Shown in pieces: positions 10,033 through 24,194 of a stretch of 64,000 nt of DNA (position 1 is the first letter of the stretch; each line of letters begins with the position of its first letter). The notes below the pieces were generated by a model that had not been told where the DNA came from, did not search any database, and saw only the letters and a list, made by a program, of their open reading frames with translations. This DNA comes from Azolla caroliniana. Its lineage: Eukaryota; Plantae; Polypodiophyta. A program made the translations under genes and the position numbers. The stretch is taken from contig JBHGNT010000020.1 in NCBI GenBank assembly GCA_043228905.1, positions 7,192,001 to 7,256,000 on the forward strand, written 5' to 3'.

Positions 10033-13000
10033 ATGGACGAATCGTTGAGCGGCATGTTCAAGCTAACGGGCTCCAACTATTCAGTGTGGAAGTCGAAGAT
10101 GAGGGATATGCTTGTGGTTAAAGATCTTTGGTTGTCGGTTCAGTTTGGGGACAAGAGACCGGACAAAATTGATGCCATGGTATGGGAGGTGATGCACATG
10201 AAGACAACGGCATACATACGGTGCTTCATCGACATGAGCCTATACAACAACTTCAATGAAGAGAGCAAGGCTCATGAGCTCTGGGAGAAGATCAACATTA
10301 TGTTTCAAAACAAAAATGTTGTTAATCAGGTTTCGGTATTCCGGAAGCTAGTAAGGCTCCGGTACCAAGAATGCTCCAGCATGGCGGAGCACATGAATGC
10401 CTTCCAGGTGCTGATTCACCTGGCAACTTCATTGGAAGTACCTCTTGCCGATGAGGTACTAGCGCTACTCCTGCTCGGTTCCCTCCCGGATAGCTGGGAG
10501 ATGTTGGTTGTCACTTTGGGCAATGCCGGGCTGGAAGGAAAGCGGTTATCCCTAGCAAGAGTAAAGTCGAGCTTCCTAGATGAGGAGGCGCGTCGGAAAG
10601 ATAAAGATACGAGCTCCGATTCCAAAGCGCTCCTTACCGAATCGGAACGCGGAAGACATAGAAACCGTAGTCCCCAGAACCGGGAGAAATCGGGGACACG
10701 GTCAAAGTCAAGGAGGAGGCTTACTTCCTTCTATTGCGGCAAGCCGGGACACTTCCAAAAGAACTGTTAGCATTTCCGAAAAGACAAGGAAACCGACAGT
10801 ACCGATTCGAAGCGGACCCCGGACCGGAATGGTAAAGACCGGAGGGGGCCGGACCGGAAGGGAACGACGGCAATCGCGGCAAGTGAAGAAGAGTTGATGC
10901 TCATCACTGAGGAGAGTGAGATAAACCTTGCCGGCGACCAGATGACTTGGGTGGTAGAATCCGGAGCGTCGTTCCACCTTACCCCGGACCGGAAATGCTT
11001 CTCATTCTACTCAGCCGGTGATCACGGCTGTGTCCGGATGGGGAATGAAGGTACATGCCGAATTGTCGGCATAGGAGACGTGTGGCTAACAACACCAACC
11101 GGATGCAAGTTGCTGTTGAAGGATGTCTGACACGTTCCGGAGGTTCATCTGAACCTGATATTAGTCGGTCGGCTAGATGATGAAGGCTATACGGGTAGCA
11201 TCCGGAACGGTGTCATGAAGTTCAGCAAAGGGAGCCTGATTATGGCTCGGGCCCGGAAGGTCAACACACTGTACCTGATGAATGCCCGGTTATGTCCGGA
11301 AGAAGTGAACGTGGCATCCCACACTGCCGGTGAGCTGTGGCACAAGAGGCTATGTCATATGAGCGAGAAGGGGATGAAGAGGCTTGCAGACGACAACCTC
11401 ATTCCAGTGAAGAACGTGCACTTGGAGAAGTGCACTGATTGCCTGGCCGGTAAGCAAAACCGGACCTCCTTCCGACCAAGGTCACTGATGAGACGTAATG
11501 CACCACTGGAGTTGGTGCATACGGATGTGTGTCAAGTAGACACGAAGTCACATGCCGGAGCGTAGTACTTCGTGACGTTCATAGATGACCACAGCCGGAA
11601 GCTGTGGGCCACACCATTGAAGACGAAGGATCAGGTGCTATCCGTCTTCAAAGAGCTCCACGCGAGAGTCGAAAGAGAAACCGGCCGGAAGCTGAAGGCA
11701 GTTCGAGCAGATAACGGAGGAGAATACCGGGGGCAGTTTGAGGAGTATTGCCGCTCGAAGGGAAACTGGCTCGAATTTACCATGCCGAAGATGCCGGAAC
11801 TAAACGGAGTGGCCGAGAGGATGAACCAGACCATAATGGAGAGGGTCCGGAGTATGCTAGCGCATGCAAAACTACCCACGAAGTTTTGGGCTGAGGCATT
11901 GTCGACGGCGACATATGTGATAAATAGATCACCCTCAGTACCCTTGGACGGAGACACGCCACAGAGAGTATGGACCGGTAAGGAAGTATCCTACCGGCAT
12001 TGGAAGGTGTTCGGGTCTCTCGCGTACGTGCATGTAGCTAAGGACCGGAGAGGAAAGTTACATCCAAAGACCCGGCCATGCATATTCCTCGGTTTACGGT
12101 GACGATGAGTTCGGCTACCGAGTGTGGGACCTGGTCGACAAGAAGGTATTCCGGAGTCGAGATATTATCTTCATGGAGGACAAGACGCTCGCCGACTGGG
12201 AGTCGGAGAAGAAGATAATGAACTCCGAGTCGACCGGTAAGGATCGACTCTACGATGAGCAGACGCAACCGGCAAGAGACCGGTTAGCACTCGAGGGACC
12301 AGCTAGTTATGGTGAGGATACCGAACAGGCTGAAGAAGAAGTAGAGGAAACTGAAACCGGAACCGGCCAAGACCCCGAATCGGATTCGGATGAAGAGCAA
12401 ATGGAGGAGTCGGTTACCGAAGCCCGAAGACGGACATATCCTCTCAGAGAGAGAAGGGCGCCCCGGAGATTTCCGGATGTAGAGCATGTTTTGCTGACTG
12501 ATGAGGGGGAGTCGGAAAGCTTCGAAGAAGTGAAGGATGACACCCACAGCCGCAAATGGTTAAGTGCCATGCAGGATGAGATGGATTCCCTCCATGAGAA
12601 CCATATGTACGAATTGGTGGAGTTGCCGAAAGGAAAGCGGGCACTTCGAAACAAGTGGGTGTACAAGTTGAAAGCGGGAGATGCCGGCAACCCCCCGTGA
12701 TACAAAGCCAAGATCGTGGTGAAGGGGTGCCAGCAGAAAAAGGGCGTGGACTTTGACGAGATATTTGCCCCGGTAGTAAAGATGATCTCCATCCGGACGA
12801 TGTTGAGTATAGCGGCAAGCATGGACCTCGAGGTAGAATAGTTGGACGTGAAGACGACATTCCTTCACGGCGACCTCGAAGAGGAGATCTACATGCAGCA
12901 ACTGGAGGGATTTGTGGAGAAAGGGAAGGAGCACCTGGTATGCCGGCTGAAGAAGAGCCTGTACGGACTAAAGTAGGCTCCCCGACAATGGTACCGGAAG

Positions 13001-14080
13001 TTTGATTCCTTCATGACTGATCAAGGGTACCACAAGACGCAGGCTGATCATTGTGTGTTTGTGGAGAAGTTCGAAGGAGGCGACTTCCTGATACTCCTTT
13101 TGTACGTGGATGACATGTTGATCGTTGGACGGGACCAAGTCAAAATACGGATGCTGAAGAAGGCCCTCAACCGGACCTTCTCAATGAAAGACTTGGGTCC
13201 GGCAAGACAGATGCTGGGCATGCATATTATCCGGAACCGGTCAGTGAAGCAATTATGGCTGTCACAGGAGAAGTACGTGACAAAGGTGTTTCACCGGTTC
13301 AACATGTCAGATGCGAAACCGGTCGGATCGAAACTTCGGGAAAACTGCAGGCTGTCCGGTAAGCAAAGCCCGAAGACGAAAGCAGAGAAGGTGGATATGA
13401 TGAAGATTCCATATGCCTCTGCCGTCGGGAGCTTGATGTACACAATGGTGTGTACCCGACCGGATATAGGATACGCAGTCAGAGTGGTGAGCCGGTTTAT
13501 GAGCAATCCCGGCAAGGAGCACTGGAACGCGGTCAAATGGATACTCCGGTATTTGAAGGGCACTTCAAATATGTGTCTCCGATTCGGCTCCGGAAAACCT
13601 CAACTTGACGGTTTCACCGATTCGGACATGTCGGTTGATGTGGATACCAGCCGGTCTACATCCGGGTATGTAATGACATATGCAGGGGGAGCTGTCTCGT
13701 GGCAGTTGAGGCTGCAGAAGACGGTTGCATTGTCAACCACGGAGGCGGAGTTCATGGCGGCTATGGAAGCTGGCAAGGAAATATTATGGATGAAGGACTT
13801 CATCGGAGAGCTCGGTATCCGGCAAGATGAATACCGACTCTATTGCGACAGTCAAAGTGCCATCCATCTTGCTAAGAATGCGGCCTACCATTCCCGGACG
13901 AAGCATATCCAGCGAAGATATCACTGGATCCGGGAAAGAGTAGATGACCAGGAGTTCGCACTGACGAAGATCCACACGGCCGAGAACGGGTCAGATATGT
14001 TGACCAAAGTGTTGATACCCGACAAGCTGAATGCATGCCGGAAGAGGATCTGACTAGTAAGACACCCCATGCCGGAGTGA
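10033..14080 (+). pseudogene. B1 gag-pol polyprotein (gag, PR, INT, RT, RNase H) with stops and a frameshift
   Basis: YCGKPGHFQKNC, WVVESGASFH, LWHKRLCHMS, LYVDDMLIV, RTKHIQRRYHWIRE motifs. Confidence 0.95.
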
Positions 14081-14390
14081 AGGGGGAGTTTGTTGGGAGA
14101 CAGGTCCCTCCGGATGGGAAGGGAGAAGAACAATGCTGATGAACAATGCTTATAGTGCCTCGGCCGAAACCGGATGAGGAGTACCCGACTACGGAGAGCC
14201 GGATGGTGCAAACCCGGTGAGGAGTACTCACCGGATGAAGAGACATATTCGTAAATATGTTTCTGAGAGTCCATCATGGCTATATTTGTAAATAGCCGAA
14301 AAGTCATATTAGTATAAATATGACTTAGGGCAAACTTTTAAGTGGTTGTTATTCTTGTTGGTGCAAGAAGAGAAGGAGCGTGTAACCGTG

Positions 14391-14430
<40 letters not shown>

Positions 14431-14735
14431 GGTCGTTGCCTCTGTTGAAACCGCCGCCTGTGGCGAAGATCTTGAGCACGAGGTCGTTGCCTCCGTGAAC
14501 TCACAGTTGTACATTCTAACATAGTGATAGTTTGCAGCCTGTGGGCTGCCGTGGTTTTTTCCCTAGTTTGGGGTTTTCCACGTAAACATCCTGTGTACCC
14601 TTCTCTTCTTTGTGTCGTGCATTTATTTCCCGTTTTTCTGTGTATGATTCTAAGCTCGGTTGTGGCCGAGCGTTGCGTATAGGGAGCGTGCAGTTCCTGT
14701 CATATAGTTTATCGGCAGTGTTGAGTAAACTAGTT

Positions 14736-15346
14736 TCGAATTCTGCATGTTGAACCTCTAGAGCACCTTTGTCACATATTTCTCCTATGACAACCATAAT
14801 AGCTTCTTTGTCCGATCCCAAACAATGCGCATGCCCAAGATTTTCTTTGTCGGATCCATATCCTTCATCGAGAATGAACCAATCAAGGCTTTCTTCACGT
14901 GTCCAATTTTCTTCGGATCTCTTCCAACAATCAACATGTTGTCCACGTAGAGCAGGAGAATGAGGAAATCTCGTCCGTCGTACTTCTTCACAAACACGCA
15001 GTGATCGGCCTCAGTTTTGTGATACCCTTGATTTGTCGTGAAGGATTCGAACTTCCGGTATTATTGCCATGGTGCTTGCTTCACCCCATCTAAGCTCTTT
15101 CCCAATTATCATACAAGGTTCTCTTTACTTTTCTCCACGAATCGTTCTGGCTGTTACTTTTCTCCGCCGAGTCGTATTCGTCTCCTTGTTCAGCCAATTT
15201 CTCTTATTCCTCAGTCAATTCTCGATTTTGCCAATTATCGATTCGGCCTATTGGTTCCTACCCGATTTCGGTCGATTTGATCGACATTGGATTTAGCCAA
15301 TCATTGACTCGACTAGAATTGGCGGCTAGAGACTTATTTTCCTTCT
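14736..15346 (-). mobile_element. Degenerate Copia relic related to B (RT part), split by Copia C
   Basis: DFLILLLYVDNMLIVGRD on the minus strand; continues at 23765. Confidence 0.8.
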
Positions 15347-15909
15347 TGTGGAGAAATTGTCCTCCTATTCACAGTAAGAAGCGTATAGTGAACCGTTGTA
15401 GGTCCAATACATGGACAAACACCTTTCACTTTCGGATTCATAACTCCAATAATATGATGAATCGGCTGCAATTTTATACATAGAAACTACACAGAACGAG
15501 CTTTCCAAAGAGGGTTTAAACATAAGATATGAATCTTACAAAATAGCTGATACAAAAGAGACCGTGAGAGAGAGACTAACAATGTATCTCAAAGACAATC
15601 TATAGAACTTCTCAATCACATATGACACTCAAGGTATTCCTCTTGCTCTCCTCTTTTCTATGTGTATAGAACTCATTTTATACCTATTTATACCTTATGT
15701 TTATGCTAGCTACTTACAACATGACTCACCTAATAGACACCACTTTTGTAGCCATTGATTTTGTGTCTAATTCTCACTTACCACATATATTTACCCATTA
15801 TATGTTATTCACTATAGTCTTTAGATAAATATTCATAGTACAACTTTATAAACATAAACAATCATAGCTCATGTCAATTTGAGCTTGTACATTTATCTTC
15901 AACACTCCC

Positions 15910-18900
15910 CGTCAAGCTCATTTGGGAGTTATCTTGATCCATGTCTTGCAAATTTATCACATCTTTGAAACCTTTTAGTTTAGAAGCATCCAGGAACTTT
16001 GTGAACATGTCTGCAACTTGATATTTGGTTTTGATGAGCTTTATCTCCACATCTTTGCTCAACACCTTCTCTCGTACATAATGGTAATGAACTTCAATAT
16101 GCTTACTTCGCGCATGGAAAGTGGGATTGCTTGCCAAGTAAATACTTGCCATGTTGTCACCATATATCCGAATGATTCCCACATGCACTTCAAGATCAAC
16201 CAAAAGCTTTTTAAGCCACATTGCTTCACATGTAGCAAATGTTAATCCTCTATAGTCAGCCTCCATGGATGAAACTGCAACAGTAGGTTGTTTCTTTGAG
16301 CTCTATGTGATAGGATTGCTTCTAATAATAAACACATAACCTGAGCTTGATCTTCTATCTTCCTTTGAACTTGCCCAATCCGCATCACTAAAGCCTTTGA
16401 CTTGCAATTCTTCATCACACTTATAAAACAAAGCATGATTAATTGTATGCTTTATATATCTTAACATTGTATTAGCTACATTTCATTTGTTGGAGTTTGC
16501 ATAAACTGAGAAAGTACATCAACAACATAACATAGATCGGGTCTTGTAATGCTTGCATAGATTAATGATCCTTTAATACTTTTGTATGTTGTTGCATCTT
16601 GTAGTATTTCTCCATCACTTGAGCATAGTTTTGTATTTGTATCAATGGGTTAAGTGAGTGGTTTGCATTCACTCATTCCAAATATGAAAAGAACATCCAA
16701 CAAGTACTTCCTTTGCATCAAGTAGATGCCACTTTTCCCATAAACAACTTCGATTCCTAAAAAATATTTCAGCTCTCGTAGATCTGAAATTTTAAATTCT
16801 TTCCCTAGCTTTCCTTTTATATCCTTAATCCATGTATCATCATTCCCTGTTATGATTAAATCATCAACATATATACAGATATATACCTCCTTTTTTCCTT
16901 TTTTCTTCATATACAATGAGGGATCAACAGTGCTTGGGTTGTATCGACATTTCATTAGATACTCTACGAATCTTTGGTTCCACGCTCATGGTGCTTATTT
17001 CAAGCCATAAAGTGTCTTTTTCAATCTACAAACAAAATCTGGATAGTTTTCGTCTTCAAATCCAACCGGTTGACTCATGTATATCTCTTCTTGTAGTTCT
17101 CCATTTAGAAAGGCTTTCTTGATGTCGAGTTGATATAATGGCCACCTCTTAGAAGCACTGATTTCTATCAAGGTTCTAATTGTCCCCATCTTTGCAATCG
17201 GGCTAAAAATTTCATCATAATCTATGCCTTGTGTTTGTTTAAACCCTTTTGCAACCAACCTAGCTTTGTATCTAGCTAATGAACTATCAACATTTCTCTT
17301 CACTTTGAACACCCATTTGCTTGGAATGATTTTCATACCTTCTTTTTTTGTCACTAGATCCCATGTGTGATTATCGTTGAGAGCTTTGATCTCTTCTTTC
17401 ATAGCTTGCTTCCATTCCATTTGTGTACAAGCTTCTTCATATGTCTCGGGCTCTTTGTCTTTGACAACCTGCATCATATATGCAAAATGTTTTGCCATGA
17501 AACTATCATAAGTCAACCTTTGAATTGGATACCTTATCCTTGATGATCTTCTTTCATTGCCTTTAGAATGTTGTTTCTTCAACCTATTCGGGTTTAGCTT
17601 AGAAGTGGTCATGTCTTCATTTTCAACTTCACTTGCGTCTATCTCACTATTTCCAACGACACTTGTTTCGTCAGCTATAGGATGACTTTCATATCTTTCC
17701 TTCCATGATGAATGATCTTCTTTTGATATAGATGCCTCTGGATATGAAATTTCTATGCTTGATTGTTGAACTTCACTTTGATTAGTTCCTACATAATCAT
17801 CATAATCGTCTTGGAGAACTTTTCCCTTTCCTTTATCTCCATACCATGGTCTTAGTTCATCAAAGACCAGATCTCGTGAGACCCTTACTTCCTTTGTTAT
17901 AGGATTATAACACTTATATCATTTTTGCTCCATCGAATAGCCAATGAAAATGCATTTTTCTGACCTTGGTTCCATCTTTGTTCTTACTTCTTGAGGAATG
18001 TGAACAAAACAAACACATCCAAAAACTTTTAGGTGTGTAAGATTAGGTTTTCTAGTGGAATATACCTCCTCTGGTGTCAATTTATGTATTCCTGATGTTG
18101 TGAATCTATTCATCAAGTAAACAGTAGTTGTGGTAGCTTCAACTCAATAGTGTAATGGTACCTTCATCTCGTTCAACATGCATCTTGCGACTTCTGCGAT
18201 TTGCCTATTTTTCCTCTTAGATACGCGGCTGTTTTGTTGAGGCGTATATCGGCAAGTAAATTTCCTTTTAATCCCATTCTCTTTTAAGAAATCTGAAAAC
18301 TCATTGGAGAAGTACTCCCCTCCACCATCGGATCTTAAGATTTTGATATGCCTTCCTATTTCTTTTTCAACTTCATTTTTGAATCTCTTGAATATAGAAA
18401 ACACATCCGGTTTTTGCTTCATACAAAACAACCATACCTTTCTTGAATGATCATAAATGAAAGTGACGAAAAATATATTACCAACCATTGATGACTCTCA
18501 GGTAGGTCCCCATACATCCGTATGTATTAAATCCAAGACATTTGGGGCCACATAATTGCTCCTCTTGAATGGTTGCCTTGTTTGTTTACCTAATTGACAA
18601 GCTTCACACAATTCATGTAATCCAATACTATTAAATTTTGGAAGACCTCTTACCACTTCATGTTTGCTCATGTCCTTTAGCTTCGGAATGTTAATATGTC
18701 CTATCGTTTTGTGCCATAAATCTAGCTCCGAAATTTTATTGTCCCCAAATTGAATATACATGACCTTTCCATAAGGATTTTGAATGTCCAAGGTGAACAT
18801 TCTTCCTTCTCTTTTACCTTGAGCAATGACCTTGAAACCTTCTTTAGGATTCTTTATAAAGCACCCATTTTCATTGAATGTGACATGATAACTGTTCTCT

Positions 18901-20152
18901 ACCATTTGTCCACTGAAATCAAGTTCTTTGAAATTGTAGGAACATGAAGAACATTTGATAATACATTTTCTTTACTTGTGTCTCCAAGCCTTACATCTAT
19001 CTCCAATGTGTTCAATCGTGTGTTGAGTATCATCACTTGTCTCAACACATCCTTTCCCATTTGGTATATGTAAATTAGTGAACATACTTTCTTGGCATGA
19101 GCTATGATTACTACAACCTGAATCAATATACCATTTTCCATCATCTTCATAAGAGCTTCTAAACTCATGACTCATTGCAAGTAATGTATCCTTAATACCT
19201 TTGCTTGAGGTGCTTGCATAATTGCTTTGAGTTCTTTGATTTCCTCCATTTTGCCTTCCATTTTTCAGCCAACAAGCGCTAGCATAATGTCCTACTTTAC
19301 AACAATGATAACATGTTATACCTTTTGTGGGAGTTGTAGAAACCTCGACCTCTTCCTCTGAATTTTCCTCGGCCTCTTCCTTGTGTGTTGTCATTTGATC
19401 CATCCTTGGTTTCCTCCAAATTAATTTGATTGTAGTTGAGGTTGTTGTGACCTCTTCCTTTTCCTCTTGAGCCTCGTCTTGAGCCTTGTCTTGAAATCCT
19501 TCCTTTACCTTGACCTGCATACAACACTTGGTTGTAGCTATCCTTTCCTTTGAAAGCACCAAACCTAAGCTCTTTTGTGACAAGATGAGGGATCAGTTGA
19601 TCAAACTTTGGATATTCATCTTTCAAATTCATGGAAGTTATAAAAGGCTTCTATCTTTCATCTTCTCTCAATCCATTGAGAGTACAACACACAAAATCTT
19701 CATCTTCAACTATTGTGCCAATCGAAGCTAAAACATCTCGTAACTCCTTGACCTTCAATGTATATTCATCTATAGATTGACTTGAACTTTTCTTAATTGT
19801 GTTCAACTCATTTTTTAATTGAAGTTACCTAGCTTTTGTATTTGTTGAATACATCCTTTCAAGAGTTTCCCATGCATCCTTAGCAATTTTTAGATGTTGA
19901 ATATGCCCTACCATGGAAATACTAATTAGTTGTGAAATGAGGAACATGACTTTTGTATTCCTTTCTTCCCATTCTTTTCCTTGTCTCCTTTGGGCTTCAG
20001 TGGTTGTAGCTTGATCGATTTTAGGTTAAGCATCCTCTCCGCTCACCATACCCCACAAGCCTTTGCCCATTAGGTAATTGGTCATTTTAAACTTCCATAT
20101 AGGGTAGTTATCTTTATCCAATTTCTCTACTTGTTGACCCAACTTAGCCATT
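15910..20152 (-). pseudogene. Copia C gag-pol, degenerate
   Basis: MAKLGQQVEKLDKDNY start, WYIDSGCSNH, LIHTDVWGP, IYVDDLIITG, FHARSKHIEVHYHYVREK. Confidence 0.92.
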
Positions 20153-21126
20153 CAAAATATATCAAAAATAATGAGGGTTACCTCTAATAATTGTGTAGTT
20201 CTTTACTCTTGTTTCGTGAATCTCCCCCTTTCTCTTTAGTTCTTCTTGCTTTTCTTCAACTCGAGGATTGTTGATAAATCTTTTTCACTAGCCAAGCTCT
20301 GATATCAATTGTGGAGAATTTGTCCTCCTATTCACAGTACGAAGCATTGTAGGTCCAATACATGGACAGACACCTTTCACTCTCACATTGATAACTCCAA
20401 TAATATGATGAATTTGAGGCTGCAATTTTATACACAGAAACTACACAAAACGAGCTTTCCCAAGAGTGTTTAAACATAGGAAATGGTGAAATATTCATTA
20501 AGATATGAATCTTACAAAATAGCTGATACAAAAGAGACCGTGAGAGAGACGAACAATGTATATCAAAGACAATCTATAGAACTTCTCAGTGACATATGAC
20601 AGTCAAGGTATTCCTCTTGCTCTCCTCTTTTCTATGTATATAGAACTCATTTTTTACCTATTTATACCCTATGTTTATGCTAGCTACTTACAACTTAACT
20701 CACCTATTAGATGCGACTTGTGTAGCCACTGGTTTATTTCCACACTATATCAACTTAGGAAAACCAACAAATAAAGATTATTACTTATCATATTTACCAA
20801 TTTAGTTTGGTAATCGGTACCAAAAGTGACGATATAAATTTGTAATTGTGCAATAATCAGATGTTTTTTAGGATAGTTGCCTTGTTTTCTATGGACAATA
20901 ATATTACAGTTATTATAGAGAATAATATTAGAAATGTAATTTGGCACAAGCCCTTGAAGCACTTGAAAGGAGCTTAGTTACGAGATATACATAATTTAAT
21001 TTTCTAATATCTAATAGAAGAAAAGAGATTAATTAACAATCGTCTGTTGTCAATCTAAACATACTCAGTATGCATCATGGTTCTCGTATTGTGTTCTTTA
21101 TGTTCGACCTATTTCGAAATACGTGA

Positions 21127-21206
21127 TGAAAACTATGGGATTTGAACCCATGCCCTTCTATATTGGAGTTTAAATCTATATCCTTAGACCACTCGACCAA
21201 TTTGTC
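21127..21206 (-). pseudogene. tRNA-Leu-like copy (anticodon drifted to TAA), degenerate
   Basis: Reverse complement resembles plant tRNA-Leu GACA.TTTGGCCGAGTGGTCTAAGG...GGTTCAAATCCC; several stem mismatches. Confidence 0.75.
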
Positions 21207-22078
21207 CAGTTGTTGAAAAATAGAAGTCCAAACACCATGAATACAACATATTCAACGTTTATAACGGCCATGTATTTTCTTGTTCACCTTCGATCTCTTC
21301 TATCTAATTTAGCACAAACATAACCCTTGGAAAGCCTACGACTAGAGATTTGTTAGTGGTCAGTTATAGTAGAACCAAAATAGATAGATTCGTACATATG
21401 AAGAAAGTGACTGAGGAGAGGGGTAGAAGAAGAAGAAGATAGTTTGGTTGTGTTGTTGCACACTATATAAGCATGGGAATTTGCCAAAAATATAACCCTA
21501 GGAAAACCAACAAATAAAGCTTCTTACTTGTCATATTTAACAATTTTAGTTTGGAAATCGGTAACAAAATCGACGATAGAAATTTATAATTGTGCGATAG
21601 TTAAATGTTTGCCAATATAATTGCCTTCTTTTCTAAGGAGAATAATATTAGAGGTATTATGTGAAATAATGGCCAATCTTCCATCTATTAGAAATGTAAT
21701 TTGGCATGAACATCAGGCTCTAAAAGACTTTGAAGCACTTGAAATGAGCCTCGTTACGAGATATACAAAATTTAATTTAGTAATATGTAATAGAAACGAT
21801 GAGATTAATTAAGAATCATGAGGTGTCAATTTAAACATACTCGGTATGCATTACGGTTCTCATATTGTGTTCTTTATGTTTGATCTCTTCAATCGGCTGA
21901 GTTTTGGTTTTGCCTCTTGTTCTTGGAAAATCTTCTTTATCGTAGACCGATAGAATGTAAAGATTACAACATTAAACCATTAATTCCTCACATCTTTATT
22001 GTTTATAATTGCCTTGTTGTCCTAGGAGAATAATATTACAAATATTATTTCCAATATTCTATCGTTCAAAATACGTGT

Positions 22079-22158
22079 TGACAACTATTGGATTTGAACC
22101 CATGCCCTTGCGGATTGGAGCCTAAATCCAATGCCTTAGACCGCTCGGCCAAATTCTC
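22079..22158 (-). tRNA. tRNA-Leu(UAG) gene or pseudogene
   Basis: A box TGGCCGAGCGG, anticodon arm TTGGA-TTTAGGC-TCCAA, variable arm, B box GGTTCAAATCC; a few stem mismatches. Confidence 0.75.
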
Positions 22159-23764
22159 CTGTTGTTGAATAATGGAAGTCCAAACACCATGAATACAACA
22201 TATTCAACGTTTCTAACGGGCCATGTATTTTCTTGCTCACCTTCGATCTCTTCTATCTAATCTAGCACAAACATAATAACCCTTGGAAAGCCTATGACTA
22301 AAGATTTGTTAGCGGTCAGTTATACTAGAACCCAAAATAGATACATTCGTACACATGAAGTGACTGAGGAGAGGGGTAGAAGAAGAAGAAGACAGTTTGG
22401 TTGTGTTGTTGCAAACCATATGAGCATGGGAATTTGCCAAAAATATAACCCTACGAAAACCAATAAATAAAGCTTCTTACTTGTCATATTTATCAAATTT
22501 AGTTTGGAAATCGGTAACAAAAGTGACGATAGAAATTTATAATTCTGCGATAATCAAATGTTTGCCAATATAATTGCCTTCTTTTCTAAGGAGAATAATA
22601 TTAGAGTTATTATGTGAAATAATTGCCAATTTTCCATCTATTAGAAATGTAATTTGGTAAGAACATCAGCCTCTAAAAGACTTTGAAGCACTTGAAATGA
22701 GCTTCGTTATGAGATATACGAAATTTAATTTTTTAATATGTAATAGAAGCGATGAGATTAATTAAGAATCATGCGGTGTCAATTTAAACATACTCAGTAT
22801 GCATTACGGTTCTCATATTGTGTTCTTTATGTTTGATCTCTTCAATCGGTTGAGTTTTTGTTTTGGTTTTGCCTCTTGTTCCTCTCTTCCCATTCTTGTC
22901 CTTGTGTCCTTTGGGCTTCAGTGGTTGTAGCTTGATCGATTTTAGATTGAGCATGCTCTCCGCTCACTATACCCCACAAGCCTTTGCCCATTAGGCAATT
23001 GGTCATTCTAAACTTGCATATAGGGTAGTTATCTTTATCCAATTTCTCTACGTGTTGACCCAACTTAGCCATTCAAAATATATCGAAAATAATGAGCGTT
23101 ACCTCTAATAATTGTGTAGTTCTTTACTCTTATTTCGTGAATCTCCCCATTTCTCTTTAGTTCTTCTTGGTTTTCTTCAACTCGAGGATTGTTGATGAAT
23201 CTTTTTCACCAGCCAAGCTCTGATACCAATTGTGGAGAATTTGTCATCCTATTCACAGTAAGAAGCGTATAGTGAACCGTTGTAGGTCCAATACATGGAC
23301 AAACACCTTTCACTCTCAGGTTGATAACTCCAATAATATGATGAATTTGAGGCTGCAATTTTATACACAGAACGAGCTTTCCAAAGAGTGTTTAAACATA
23401 AGATTTGATACAAAAGAGACCATGAGAGAGAGACTAACAATGTATATCATTGACAATGTATAGAACTTCTCACTAACATATGACACTCAAGGTATTCCTC
23501 TTGCTCTCCTCTTTTCTATGTGTATAGAACTCATTTTATACCTATTTATACCTTATGTTTATGCTAGCTACTTACAACTTGACTCACCTATTAGATGCCA
23601 CTTTTGTAGCAACTGATTTTGTGTCTAATTCTCACCTACCACATATATATTTAGCCATTATAGGTTATTCACTATAGTCTTTAGATAGATATTTACCATA
23701 CAACTTTATAAACATAAACAATCATAGCTCATGTGAATTTGAGCTTGTACATTTATCTCTAACA

Positions 23765-24190
23765 GTTCTCCCAATCGGCTATTGTTTTTACTTCCATGAA
23801 GACAATATCTCAGCTCCTATTCACCTTCTAGTCAATTAGGTCCCATAGCCAAGAGTCGAATTCGTCGTCACCGTAGTTTAGATATATGCATGGCCGAGAT
23901 TTCGGATCTACTTTTCCCCTTAGGTCCTTAGGAACATGGACATAGGCAAGACAATCGAACACCCTCAAGTGTCGGTATGATATGTCCTTGCCGGTCCAGA
24001 CCCTTTGTGGAACATATCCATCCAACGGTGCTGAGGGTGATTTATTTGTCAGATACAGTGTTGTCATAAGTGCCTCATCCTAGAACGTCTTGGATAACTT
24101 TGCATGTGCTAGCATACTTTGAAACCTTTCCATAATGGTTTGGCTCATCCTCTCGGCCAGCCCGTTGAGCTTTGGCGTTGAGTTCAGCAG
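23765..24190 (-). mobile_element. Degenerate Copia relic related to B (integrase part)
   Basis: LNGLAERMSQTIMER; YVHVPKDLRGKVDPKSRPCI. Confidence 0.8.
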
Positions 24191-24194
24191 TACT

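Larger units (their letters stand above)
9295..14702 (+). mobile_element. Ty1/Copia element B1 (Tnt1/Tork-like), full length but mutated
   Basis: LTRs 9295-10003 and 14091-14702, TSD TATAG, PBS TGGTATCAGAGC (10006-10017, tRNA-iMet), PPT gagtgaagggggag. Confidence 0.96.
20736..22875. repeat. tRNA-Leu satellite block 1 (~2 units), inside Copia C
   Basis: AT-rich ~950-bp units homologous to 25350-30499 and 40541-43072. Confidence 0.9.
15347..23764 (-). mobile_element. Ty1/Copia element C with an internal duplication and embedded satellite
   Basis: 3' LTR 15347-15904 with PPT, partial 5' LTR 20310-~20735, complete 5' LTR 23231-23764 with PBS (iMet); TSD CTTCT/GTTCT; host relic rejoins across it. 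Confidence 0.88.
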
